Shown here: piece by piece, positions 7,662 to 20,100 of the stretch
Layout of the letters: every line of letters starts with the position of its first letter
Position numbering within the stretch: position 1 is the stretch's first letter
Origin: a virus
Taxonomy: Duplodnaviria; Caudoviricetes
Reading direction: 5' to 3' (one strand)
IMG/VR virus record: IMGVR_UViG_3300020438_000143
Coordinates: 1 to 32,665 of that record
DNA length: 32,665 nt
The notes under the pieces: model-generated
Told to the model about the DNA's origin: nothing
Databases searched by the model: none
The model's input: only the letters and a program-made list of their open reading frames with translations
Position numbers and translations under genes: made by a program

Positions 7662-10600
7662 ATGATTATATCTAAGCCAAATCTTGTAGATAACATAAAA
7701 GCAGAAATAGTTGATAATTCTAAAGGCTCAATTAGCCCAAATGATATACGTCATAATCTATTAGATTTAATAGATTCTCTACATCTCTTAACAGAGTTTC
7801 AGCCCTTAAAGTCTACCAATGTAGACACACTGTCTGGTAGCAGAACAACACGTTTTGGAGATTTTACTCTAGAAAATTTACGCAGAGGTATAGATGGATA
7901 TACCAGCGTTGATAATACAGCTGTTGGATACTCTAGCTTAAATAAAAACTTTTCAGGATATGCCAACACAGCTTTAGGTTCACAATCTCTTAATTGCAAT
8001 ATTCATGGTCACAATAATGTTGGTTTAGGTTTTAACGCTGTTGCAGCTAATACTGTTGGGTATGGAAATGTTGGTGTTGGAAATTACAGTATACACAATA
8101 ATAAAACTGGTAATCTAAATATAGCGATTGGTCATGGCGCTGGATATTACATTGATAAAGATGATAGTAGTAAACTTTTTATAGCTTCTCACAATGTTGA
8201 TAAAGATTATATATGTAGCAACTCAGACGGTGAAGGTCTTGTTCCTCTAATACAAGGCGATTTAAATAGCACAAGACTAAGAGTTGGTATAGCTGTTTCT
8301 GATTTACATACTGGAGCAGCTCTACAAGTGGGTGGTAGTATACACACCAATCAATCTTCAGACTATACTTATAACCTTGGAAGTTTTACTTATAAGTTTA
8401 AAAATTTATTCCTTAATGACTCTGTATTTTTTGGAGACAATAATTATATTAGATATAATAGTTTGTCTGACTCTTTTGATATTACTGGCGCTGCTAATTT
8501 TGAAGGCGACTTGGATACAACTGGAGGGCTTCACTTAGCTAAATCTTTAATTGTTGATGAAAATATTACAGTAGGTGGTTACATATATACTGATGGATCA
8601 CTAACAGTTAATCAAGGCGTATCACTTTCTGGAGATATAATTCCACAAGTTGCTTTGTCTAGCAAGATGGGCAGTGCAGAGTATCCATTTCTTAGTGCTA
8701 ATTTTCATAATATAAAAGTAACTGGCTTAAGCAAGTTTAATAAATTTGAAGCAATAGAACAATCACATTATTTGCATAAGACAATATATTTAGCTTCTAA
8801 GGGATACATAGATACTGTAGACGGTGGTGGTGTCAGAAGTCTTCAAGAAAATTATCACCCTGATGATAATATTGAACCTCCTGTTGGATATTTAAATGAT
8901 GAAGAGTTAGCTGGAGCTGGGTTAAACATATACTCTTCTGATTCTGCTGCTGGATATACTAGAGATTATTATTTACAATTCAGACCTCAAGACCATAGTA
9001 TTAAACATCCAGTTGTAGACACCCCGTATACTAGATCTAGTTGGTATAGCAATATTAGTTTAACTACTGCTAATGGCTGTCATATTAAAACAGATAGAGT
9101 GTTAAGTTCAGATACAGTCGCAATGTTAAACGATAGAACTGGTGTCGGAGTCTTCATAAGAAATCGTTATTTTAATTCTGATGCTCCTGCCTTGGGCCTT
9201 GGATATGCTGATCACGCTCCAACATACAGTATATGTTTTGGAGATGAAGACTCTATAAAATTACTATACGAAGATGGAGATGAAGGTAACATTGTACCAC
9301 AAATAAGTGGCTATCAAGATGTGGAATTTATTGCACCATACGCTGTTAATAATTCAGATTATGACATAAGATATCTAGGCTCACAATATACTTCTCAAAG
9401 AATTAATCAACATTTTGACATAGTAGGTACTGGCAAGTTTACATTAAGCTATTGGGCCGTAGACTCTGTTGACAACAGTGTTTTAAATCCAGAAGCGGGT
9501 CAAACATATGACAGATTTATTATACATGGAGAAAAGCAAGGTAATAACAGAACTTTAATGGTTATGAATCATGGTAACGATGGTACTGTCGGAATAAACG
9601 ATTTTACTAACGGTCAATACATGACACCTGATACCATACTTAATGTAAGAGCTACTGGAGACGCAATACTAAGAGTCACTGCTGAAAATTCAGCAACTAC
9701 AAAATCTGCACTTCAATTGCTTACTCAGTCTAATTGTTTGGATTATGGAGCAGATATATTTTATGATAATTCTGCTGATGATTTCAATTTAGATATGTAT
9801 TACAACGGTGAAAGCAGTAGAACAAATGTTATAAAAGCAACAACTTCTTCTACTAATAAATTTGGCATATACGCTGGCGATCAACCTAATTCAATGTTGA
9901 CTATTGGCAATCCATTAGACACTCAAGCCGCTTTGTCAATATGCGAAAACTCATCTTATGCTAACAGTGATCAGGGGTATGGAAAAATATTTGTTAGACC
10001 AGTAGACAGAGATCAACAAGCTAATGTTATAAATTTTGTGGATTCGTCTGGTAATTATTTTGAATTAGCTATGAACGGAATTACAACTGCCGGTGGCGCT
10101 GGAACTATAACTGATATTACAGCTTTTGCGGATGGAAGTAAAAACACATTACTCGGAACAGATTCTCCTTTAGCTAGATCTGCAATGGCATCATCTAATG
10201 ATAATACAACGATGGGCTATAAGGCATTTCAAAATATTTCAACGGGAGATAAAAATACATTTATAGGATCTGAAGCTGGATTATATGCTCAAGGTTCTGT
10301 TGAGAGTAATGTTTGTATAGGCTACAAGGCTGGATTTGCTAGTTCTTTAGGAAGCAATAATATTATTATTGGAGTTGATGTTGACGATCCTAGCTTTACA
10401 TCAAGTCGTAGTTCAAATATATTAATTGACAATGTTGTAGAAATTAATAAAGATATGATAACTACCTATGGAACCTGTAATAAGGTTTACCTAAAAGATT
10501 CTTCCCTTACGCTTACCAATGGCACAGCTTTTCCGAATTCAATTAATAAGATAGAGATTGAGCCGCACTTCGGATCTTTAAATTATATACCTCATTCTTC

Positions 10601-11099
10601 TAACTCCTCTAATCAAGACTTTGACATTAATGTTCAAGGTAACACTGTGGCTACATTCAAATCAGGTGGAATAACAGTTCTTGAAGCCAAAGGTAATCTC
10701 AAAGTAGAAGGTAATATTCAACTTGGTGAAACTACAATTACTGAATCTTGGTGGAACGTTGTTGTTGATACAGCTACGGAGAACAGTAGTAGAACTCTAA
10801 GTAATGCTAATAAAATAGCCATTCAACAAAATGAACTAGATTCTCTCGACACAACTTTAAACAATATATACGTGGAAGGTTTTGCTGACGGACAGATTAA
10901 TGTTGCTACAAGCCCATCAAATCCTAGTACTGGAAGAATTACTAGAAAAATTAAAAATGCAAATGGCTCATGGGTTAATGGTGATGCTGTAGTCATTACA
11001 AACAGAGATCCATACTTAAGAATAGAAAAAGATGACTTTGTTATTGCTATAAATATAAATGGGGAGTATAGGCCAATATTTGTATCTATTCCATTTTAG
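7662..11099 (+). CDS. Fibre/adhesin-like protein with two clusters of ~14-residue NxAxG beta-roll repeats (1145 aa)
   Basis: Repeats NTAVGYSSL, NTALGSQSL, NVGLGFNAV, NVGVGNYSI, NIAIGHGAG and later NTTMGYKAF, NTFIGSEAG, NVCIGYKAG; beta-rich shaft; short coiled coil near the C-terminus. Confidence 0.7.
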   Translation: MIISKPNLVDNIKAEIVDNSKGSISPNDIRHNLLDLIDSLHLLTEFQPLKSTNVDTLSGSRTTRFGDFTLENLRRGIDGYTSVDNTAVGYSSLNKNFSGYANTALGSQSLNCNIHGHNNVGLGFNAVAANTVGYGNVGVGNYSIHNNKTGNLNIAIGHGAGYYIDKDDSSKLFIASHNVDKDYICSNSDGEGLVPLIQGDLNSTRLRVGIAVSDLHTGAALQVGGSIHTNQSSDYTYNLGSFTYKFKNLFLNDSVFFGDNNYIRYNSLSDSFDITGAANFEGDLDTTGGLHLAKSLIVDENITVGGYIYTDGSLTVNQGVSLSGDIIPQVALSSKMGSAEYPFLSANFHNIKVTGLSKFNKFEAIEQSHYLHKTIYLASKGYIDTVDGGGVRSLQENYHPDDNIEPPVGYLNDEELAGAGLNIYSSDSAAGYTRDYYLQFRPQDHSIKHPVVDTPYTRSSWYSNISLTTANGCHIKTDRVLSSDTVAMLNDRTGVGVFIRNRYFNSDAPALGLGYADHAPTYSICFGDEDSIKLLYEDGDEGNIVPQISGYQDVEFIAPYAVNNSDYDIRYLGSQYTSQRINQHFDIVGTGKFTLSYWAVDSVDNSVLNPEAGQTYDRFIIHGEKQGNNRTLMVMNHGNDGTVGINDFTNGQYMTPDTILNVRATGDAILRVTAENSATTKSALQLLTQSNCLDYGADIFYDNSADDFNLDMYYNGESSRTNVIKATTSSTNKFGIYAGDQPNSMLTIGNPLDTQAALSICENSSYANSDQGYGKIFVRPVDRDQQANVINFVDSSGNYFELAMNGITTAGGAGTITDITAFADGSKNTLLGTDSPLARSAMASSNDNTTMGYKAFQNISTGDKNTFIGSEAGLYAQGSVESNVCIGYKAGFASSLGSNNIIIGVDVDDPSFTSSRSSNILIDNVVEINKDMITTYGTCNKVYLKDSSLTLTNGTAFPNSINKIEIEPHFGSLNYIPHSSNSSNQDFDINVQGNTVATFKSGGITVLEAKGNLKVEGNIQLGETTITESWWNVVVDTATENSSRTLSNANKIAIQQNELDSLDTTLNNIYVEGFADGQINVATSPSNPSTGRITRKIKNANGSWVNGDAVVITNRDPYLRIEKDDFVIAININGEYRPIFVSIPF

Positions 11100-11125
11100 T
11101 AAGGATTATTATAGGATTTTAAAAA

Positions 11126-14100
11126 ATGGCTACTTATAACATAACTATAACTAACAGCGGTTCTTCTAACTTTGTGTTTAATGGAAGCCACTCCGGTGGA
11201 GCTTTAAATGCAAGCAATGACCCAAGCTTGACATTTGATGTTGGAGATGTTGTAAACTTCACGTTTAACCAATCTAGTACGCACCCGTTTCAAATTAGAC
11301 AGGGTAGTAGTACTGGTACTCTAGTCTTTGGGTCTTACGCTTCTGGCACACAAGCTTGGAATGTTTCTTCTGGTGGAATGTATACGTATGTATGTCAAAA
11401 TCATTCTAGTATGCAGGGGAACATTAGTGTCGCTGGTAGTGTTACTACAACCACGCAAACTACTACCACTCAGGATAATACTACTACCACTCAAACCACT
11501 ACTACCCAAGCCATCCCTACTACTCAAGCCACCACTACCACTACCACTACTACTCAACCTGAAAATACAACAACTACTACTACTCAGTCTGAAAACACGA
11601 CTACTACCACTCAGCCTGCAAATACAACAACTACTGAATCCGGTGTTACTACCACACAAGCACCCACTCCGGTTAACACCATTCCAGTTGACGACACAAC
11701 GCCTGTTGAAACACCTACAGTAATCACTGTTATTGCTAATAATGGTGACACTTGGACTTTGCCTAATACAGTTAGCGTCTTTGGGGCTGCTCCTGAAAAA
11801 ATAATGGATTTGAGAAGATTGCTTCAATTCAATTTTCATCCTGACAGTATAATACATGATATTGTTATAAAAAATGCAAATGTTAGTTCTGGCAATCGTG
11901 ACGCATTCTATATTAGAAATATAACTACACCCACTTTAAATCTTTATAGAGGTAAAAGTTATATATTCGACTTAAGAGATGAGTCCAACATAGGAAACCC
12001 GATTAGGTTTTATACAAGAAAGAAAAATAGATCTCCTCTTTTAAATCTCGGCTTATTGCCATATTCTCAAGGTGTTGAGTACTTTGGTGCATCTGGATCA
12101 GAATATGGTTTTATATACTTTACAGTGCCTAGTGATGCTCCCGATATATTGTACTATGATTCTGCCGTTGGTGTTAACTATGGTGGAACGGTAAATATTA
12201 AAGATGTTCCAGTTGTTACTACAGAGCCTCCACCAGAAGTTCCACCCTTAAAATTACCGCCAGATAATTTATATATTCACGATACATCTTCTGTTGTATG
12301 CAATGTACAAGGAGCCTGTGTACCTAGAACTGGCAAGGGTAGGAAAAGTGATATACGATATAGAATACCAGACTATGAATTTCTAGAGCCTTTACAAACT
12401 ACTGCCCCTATTAGTACTACCGTTAGCGCTTCTACTACGGCTACCACTACAAGCACAACAGCTCCCCCAGATACAAACCCTTACCATCTTGTCAAATATC
12501 CTAAAGGTAAGATTCTTAAAATTGAAGTAGGGCCGTGGTCAGGAGCTTTTGGAAATACTGAAGTTCAACAATATTTTTGGGTAGATAAGTTCTATTATAT
12601 AGATGGTGGAACTGGTGAATATACAGAGTTTCTTTATGAAGGAGCATCGAGTCCAATGGATGGCGACCCAAGGATTGGTCGTATTGGTCCATTATTAAGC
12701 AATGTACTCCAACAGGGAGAAACTTATACATTTGATCAGTCTGATCCAAGTAACTCTGGACATCGTTTGTTATTTTCAAAAACAAGAGATGGTACTCATA
12801 ATGGTGGCGTACCTTTTACCAGATATGTAGAAACTTTTGGAACGCCCGGAACAGAAGGCGCAGGAACAACAATACACGTACCGTATGGTCAAAGTGTAGA
12901 GTTATTTTTTTATTGCGAAAATCACCCCGGAATGATACAAGGTATAAACCCACATATAAGCGTTGTTGCCAAGAGTACCAAAGGAAGATACGACCTTCCA
13001 AATGTTCCCGATACTAGCAACTTCAATATTATAGCCCCCGGTGCTATAGCGTGGGAAGATAATAAATATAAATATCTGTCATTCAATAATTCTACAGAGA
13101 TGTCTTTAAGTTACACTTCAGACGACTTTGCAGCTCCAAGTCTTGATTTTGAATATATTATAATAGGTGGAGGTGGAGGCGGCGGCATACAAGACGAGCG
13201 TGGTCCCAGTGGTGGCGGTGGTGCTGGAGCTGTTGTTAGCGGAGTAACATCTGTTAGCACAGGAAATCATTTAGTGAGTATTGGTCACGGTGGAGGCGCG
13301 GGGGTCAACGGTGAGAGATCTTCCTTTAATTTTAATTATGCAAACGGTGGAGGTTTTGGTGGCACTTACTTAGATATAGGATCTCCTTCTGATGCTCAAG
13401 ATTATGGCCCTAATTATTTTGAAAATATTGGATCTCACGGTGGAGCTGGCGCTGACTCCCAAAGGTCTACAACTGGAGACTACGATTACCAACAATTAAA
13501 CACTTTTGTTAATAATGGTGGCGTTTCTACTGATGGCGTTTTGTCTGGAGGCGGTGGCGGTGGAGGTGCTGGCACTAAGGGTTCAGACACTTTAACGGAA
13601 AGTACTTGGAAGGGCGGCAATGGTGGCGATGGAATATTTATTGATTTAAACCCCTATGACGCTAGGTATTATGCGGCTGGTGGAGCTGGAGGTGGTAGTG
13701 GCATAGCGCAAACTGGAAGCGGCGGTCAAGGTGGAGGAGGTTCCTATCTGTCTGTTAACGGAGAAGCCAACACTGGCTCTGGTGGCGCTGGCAACTCCGA
13801 ACTAGACGTATTAAAATCTTCTAACGCAGGCTCTGGTGGTAATGGTAAAATAATTTTAAAATACTTAAAAGACAGCCCTAGACTATACGATGTTGACGCA
13901 AAGGCTACACCTTTAAAAATAGAATATGCACAAGTTTGCGATAACGAAGTGACTCTCATATGGAACCCACCAAATCAAGATGCTATTAAAACTTATTATT
14001 ATATAGAATACAAGAAAGCTAGTGAAACACAATTTTCCATGTCTTCCTACGTTTTATCAGATAGGTATAAAACTTTTAAAAGTTTCAGATTACCTTATGA

Positions 14101-17100
14101 TACTTATGACTTTAGGATAGCAATCACTAGTGAAAATGATAATACCGTTTTTGTAAGTGGAGATGTTGCGAGAGTGCCTGTAGTAGATCTCGATCTTATT
14201 CCTGAAATAATATTAGCCACCTACGATCCTACATTAATGAATATAAATATTGAACTTAACAAGTCAGACATTGATTGTGTGTTAAGATTTAAAGTTAATG
14301 ACGAAGGCTTGTGGAGTGATCCAATACCAGCTCCTAGTCAATATCCAACAATAGATCTTAGTGGCGGTATAATAAAATCTGGAGATACGGTAATAATTCA
14401 ATGTGGCATTATGAACAATGGAGTTCCAGTATTTAAAGAAAAAGAAACAGAATGTTTGATTACTGACCCTAGATTTGAAGTAGAAAATACAACACCTTAT
14501 CTTAAAAACCTAACTGTTAGAGATGGGAATGATGGTTTATGTGGATTTATAGAATTGTTATTTGATGTAGACGATGTAGAACACGCTAGAGAAGTCTATA
14601 TAGAAATTGGTTCTCATGCATTTAATTTCCAAGTTTCTAGTGGAGAAAGAAATACTTTTAGAATTTTTAATTGTCAAATCAATATATCTGGTGATATTAC
14701 TACTCAAATGTTAATAAAAGTTTGGAATGTGTTTAGTAAAAGTCGTCTTGGATATTTATCTTATGGAGAATCTGGATCAGGAGAAGAAATAGCATTCTGT
14801 GAACCTTCTTCAATATATAACGGTGTACCATCTTACAGTTCGCACTCTTGGGAAAATAATATAGCATCACCTACTTCAAGCATAGCAATAAACTTTGACG
14901 GAATTTGGGATCAAGATGCTATAGGTGTTATTTTGTTTACAAACTGTGAAGGTACTAGCGACATACCTACCGTTTGCATACCAATTCCAGAAGATAGAAT
15001 TAATAAAGAAGAAAATGGTTTTACTATTGGTTGTGGTTTTCCTGTTGATTCTTTTGATCCAGATTTAGATTATGTCGTTGGTTGTTGTATGTTTTATTAT
15101 TATCCTGATGGATTTAATACAAGTGTTTCTCCTAAAGATTTTCCTCCTGAAGAAAGGCCAGAAGGACCACAGGGTGGAATCATAAATTGCGGCCCTGCTC
15201 CACCAACTGGAAGTGTTCCATATCCCGATCCTAACCCTCCAACTAATGGGCCTATAATTTTAAGTTTTACGCCCACGCCTCCGACTAATACTACTATTGC
15301 TACTACTACCAGTGGACCTCCATCTCAACCAGATGATGATTGGCCTTTGCCACCGCCTTATACTCCTAATTATAAAGATGGTGGTTTTATAATAACTTGT
15401 AATTTTATCCCCGGCGCTAAAGAAGGAGATGACACTCCAACGGATAGTAATGGCAATCCAAATTCTTGCCCCTCAATACTAGAAGCAAGTTACGACTATC
15501 AGTTTTTTACTAACACTCCTCGTATAGAATTACAACCAAGGCCAGAACATCAAAACGTTACTGGCGCTTTCTGTTTCTGTGTTTTTGCTGTAAGTCCAGA
15601 AGGAGTTATAGGAGATCCTACTTGTACCACATATTACAACGATTTTCCTACAACTCCAGAGCTTTTACCTCCAAGAAAACTTGGCATTGGTATTTCTGAC
15701 TGTCAGGCTACGATTACATTTGAAGAATCTCTTAATATTGAAGATTTTGATTTGGGGTCTGCTGAAAGTAGAACTAGAGGCTATAAAGTTTACCTTACAG
15801 AACCAGACGGGAATGTTCAAACGTCTATACTTAATTATGGCGAATATGACCCTCAGTATACTACTGCTAAGTATTTAACAACTTTTGAAATACGCACGCT
15901 TGGTAGACACACGGTCAGATTGTCTGCCTATGTTGAAAGTGACGATTTAGAATACAGCAGCAAGTCAGTAGTCGAAACAATTTTCGCTCAAGATAATGAG
16001 TGTAATATTGACGCTCCTTTTGGCACTGGCACTGGTTTAACTCGTGAAAAACAGTTTTTAGCAGCACCAGCTGTAGTATTTAATTTTAGAAATTTCAAAT
16101 CAGCTAAAATTAAATTAAATCATGCAGATCCAGATAATAGCAAATTCTTCCGTTTTACTATATCTAAAGTAAGAGGATCTGGCGAAAACATGGAGTTTCA
16201 TACTAGTCAAAGTTTTTGGGCTACGCCCGCAATCGTTGCGCAAAAACAGAGAGAGCTGAATCGTGATGTTTATGGATTTGTATTAGACGAAAATGATGAA
16301 GCAATTATAGACAGTGTTTTTATTTTTGAGCCTAATGAACAAATATTAATTACTGCATATTCTACTGCTGCTGATTCTGACACGCATGTTTTTCTAAGTA
16401 GTCCAAGAGACTTATTTGCAAAAGCCCCTCCTCACCGAAGACCAGCCCGCCCAAAGTTTGTTAATCCTGTTGGAAGGCAAGGTCGTATAGAATTTTCTCT
16501 TGCTTTAAGCAATGCAACTGGATGGTCTTCTGAATTCTGGGAACAAGAGTTAGATGAGCTTACAGAAATAAAAATTCTTTATGTAGCAGTTCTAGAAGGT
16601 TCAACTGGATACGTTCCAAGTTTAGGTTACAATCCTAGTACTTTAAAATCTATAATAATAGATCCACGAAAACATCAAACTTCAGACAAAATAGTTATTG
16701 AGAATACTTACGCTGGACCGTATATAATATATGCTCAAGTTAAAAATAAAAAGTTTTATTCTGACAAAAATGAAACCACAGTTGATCCAATTGTAGGTTT
16801 AAATTTTATAATTACTGAAAACGGAAGCTTCATGGTTAACGGAGTTGACGATACGGGTGTAGAGTTTTATGAAGATTACAACCCAGATCTTAATTTTTGG
16901 TATAAAGGAGAAGGTTCAACTCTTTCTTTTAAACTCACAAATGAAAGTTCAACACTCTCTCCGCTATACGCTTCGGAGCTGTATATAACTCCGGTAGCAG
17001 CTCACCCATATCATGAATATAAATGTTCAGACAACGGTGGTATAGACATTGATGTTAATCATAGTAAGGGTGGCAGATTTTTTGATGATGGCTATTACTC

Positions 17101-20100
17101 GCACAAAATAACAACCCCCGGTCGATATCAATACACAGTTCTTCCAAGGATGCAATCGGCTTCACCATCTTGGAGAGATTATAGTTCCACCCCTAAGTTA
17201 ACTGGGCAACTTGGTGTCTTTAATTTTGTTCCAATAGATCCTAAAATAAAAGTTGATTTGGGATCAAGAAGTAGTGATCAAAAAATAATCCTAGATTTAA
17301 GCAATTTAGACGTAGGAAACTTAAAAAATTCTTCTACTTCCTATGTTGTTGAAAGTTCTTCTGGCTCTGTTGCAGGAACTTTACCTGACGGAGCTGTATA
17401 TATTCCAACCGCAGGGTATGAAAATTATTTTATTGAGTTTCAAGTTATTACTAATGATAATATTTGTTCAGCAAAACATAGGGTTTGGATTTGGACCTTT
17501 CCAGAAAAATTCCCCGATGTTGGAAATATGTCTTTAGGATGTTCAGATGATTGCAGAACCTTGTACTCATTATTACCTTCATTTTTGCAATACAAGCCCA
17601 GAGGTTTAGTGAAAAGAGGCGGTGGCAACTGGAGTTTGTACAAAGAGGGAGTTTGCATATATGATGATCAACCCTCAATTAAAAAAATGTCCTACAATCT
17701 AGGAGAATGGTCAATACCTACAGAACTTGTAGATGATCCTAATACCGTATTAGACGAAGAGACTATGATGAGTTATATTCAAGGTCATCAGCTTGTTGTA
17801 ATAGAACCATCAAAAGAAGAGGGTAAGCATGGGTGTTTTGTTTATAGGCCCATCACTGATTCTGAGTACTTGGCTCGCTCTCCTTGGAATAAACTGCCCA
17901 TTCGTTGGCCCGCAGATGCTGGCGGTAAAGGCTTGAAACCAGAAAGTAGCCCTATTACAATTTGTCCTACAAATCATGGAAGATATTCAAATGAAATAGA
18001 ACTAACTTTAATTAAAAAATCAGCAGACACGGATTCGTTTTATGGGTATCAATACGATAAATATTGGGCTTCATTGTTTGGCGCATTGGATTATGAAGAA
18101 AAACTAGGGCCAGATACCCCAAGCCCATGCGCTGTAGAAAATGCAACTTTTTATGCTCCAAATCCTCCACCAGAGGGAAGTCCTCCCGGTAGCTCCCCAG
18201 ATGCTTCAATCGAAATATATCAATTTACCCTTGAGATTAAAAACTCTTTGGGACTTACAAAGAAAGTTACTGGGCTTACTGGTAAAGGTGGCTTGCCCAT
18301 CAAAATGTATTGTATATACGATGAAGATTCTTTACGACAAGATAGAAAAGTTAAAGTTCCACTTTGTTTAGATTGTCCATCAGATTACTTATTATCTTCT
18401 GATAGTAATGGTATAGGATATTATAGAACATCAAGAAGTGATCCCGAAACTTTTGAATGGGTTAATCATCAAGTTTATGATGACGGTGGGAATGGTACTG
18501 TTTCTGAAGAAGATCTGGTAGAAGAAATTCTGGTTTTGGGTCAGTTTCCTACTTATGATCTTTGCAGTCAATCGCTTAACGACGATTTAGAAAATGAAAT
18601 AGAAGACAGAGTATTTGTATGCGAAAGACCGACAACAACATCTGTGCCAGTTTTTACAACTACGACAACTACTACTACAACTACCACCACCACAACAACC
18701 ACTACCACCACAACTACAACCACGACTGCTTCTCCTGAAGTAATACCAGTTCCTTGTGATTGCGCGGATTCAAGAGTTACATTGTGTCCAACTCTTAAAG
18801 ACTTTGTAATGGAAACAATTGCTGGTGATCAGATTTTTGATTGGATGGACGCAGATGGAAACCCAACGTCTACATATACTGAGAAATACAAACCAGCTAA
18901 TTTTCAGCCTTTCACTCTACAAATAGGACTTTACGATCCCGAAGGCGTGTATTACAGAAGCCGTGGCCCTTACGAGATCACTAGGGTTGTTGATGGAAAA
19001 ACAGTAACAACGTTACAATCTGCATCCCATGAAACAACATTTCGAGCAGATCCAGACGATGAAGCTCAAGGATCAGTGCCTCCTTCTAGATACATTGGTT
19101 ATTATGGTGGAGAGGTAGAATTGTCGAAATCTAATAATTCTTTTAGTCCACAAAACATGTTCGGATATGAGACAAAGATAATTGGTGGTGAAGAATATTA
19201 TTTAAGATGTCATGCAACCGTAAAACATTCTCCCACTCTTTGGAATTGGCAAGAAGTGGATATACCTAACTTTAAAGACATTGATAGTTATATAGGTAGT
19301 CTTAATATTACTAATGGTTTACCTTGCCCTACATCATATAGCCACCTTACCAATTGTTCTCATTCGCAAGATACAAGTCAATTAAAAGGATATTATAACA
19401 ATGATCCTCTAGATGAACAAATGATAGATATTATAATTACAGACTTTGTTTATCAAGTACCCGGAGACTTGGGTGATGTCTATCGTTGCCAATATGTTTC
19501 TTTAAGATGGAAGCATAATGGAGAGTTTTTAGACTCTTGGCCTAATTACTGGTATGACACGGAAGATGAGTTATTTTATGATATTGACAGCTGGAAACCA
19601 GAAGGTGGAACTGCTGGAATAGATTCAAACCTTGGCCCTATTCCTGATGAAGAAAGTGTAGATCGCACATGGTGGACATCTCTTCAAAAATATAATAGAG
19701 GTGAGGTTTTAAGCCCACCACCTAGATTTAATGGAACTAGTGCTAGTGCCTGCAATGATGAAGGAGAGTGTGTTGGCATACCATTGTTTGGGAGAGGTTT
19801 TAAAATAACAAAAAGCTATACCTTGTCAGTAGTGGTTAAAATTCAAGGCCATCTTTATAGTCAGCAATCTCCTAGTTTACGAAAAGATTGGTTTTGGGAA
19901 GATTTAGGTGTTAAAAATTGGCAAATTAAAGGACAAGACTCAAGGTGTTTTCATGAAAATGGCGAGATGCTTATTTCTCAAAATGGAGACGAATATTTGG
20001 TTCTTATAGAATCTGCAAACTTAGATTATAATTTTGGGGGAGATTGGCCCTTTGCTTATGATATCAAAATTGATGAAAACAAATTAAATTTCTCTTACAC

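Noticed and set aside
7658-7663. TATAAT as a -10 box for the 1145-aa gene
   Set aside because: It overlaps the start codon itself, so it cannot drive this gene.
11444-11660. CRISPR array or non-coding repeat
   Set aside because: Units are codon-phased and degenerate, with no constant repeat and unique spacer structure.
11321-11857. Overlapping ORFs 11321-11857 (-) and 11328-11723 (+)
   Set aside because: Alternative-frame readings of the ACN repeat giving poly-Ser or poly-Leu; no independent start signals.
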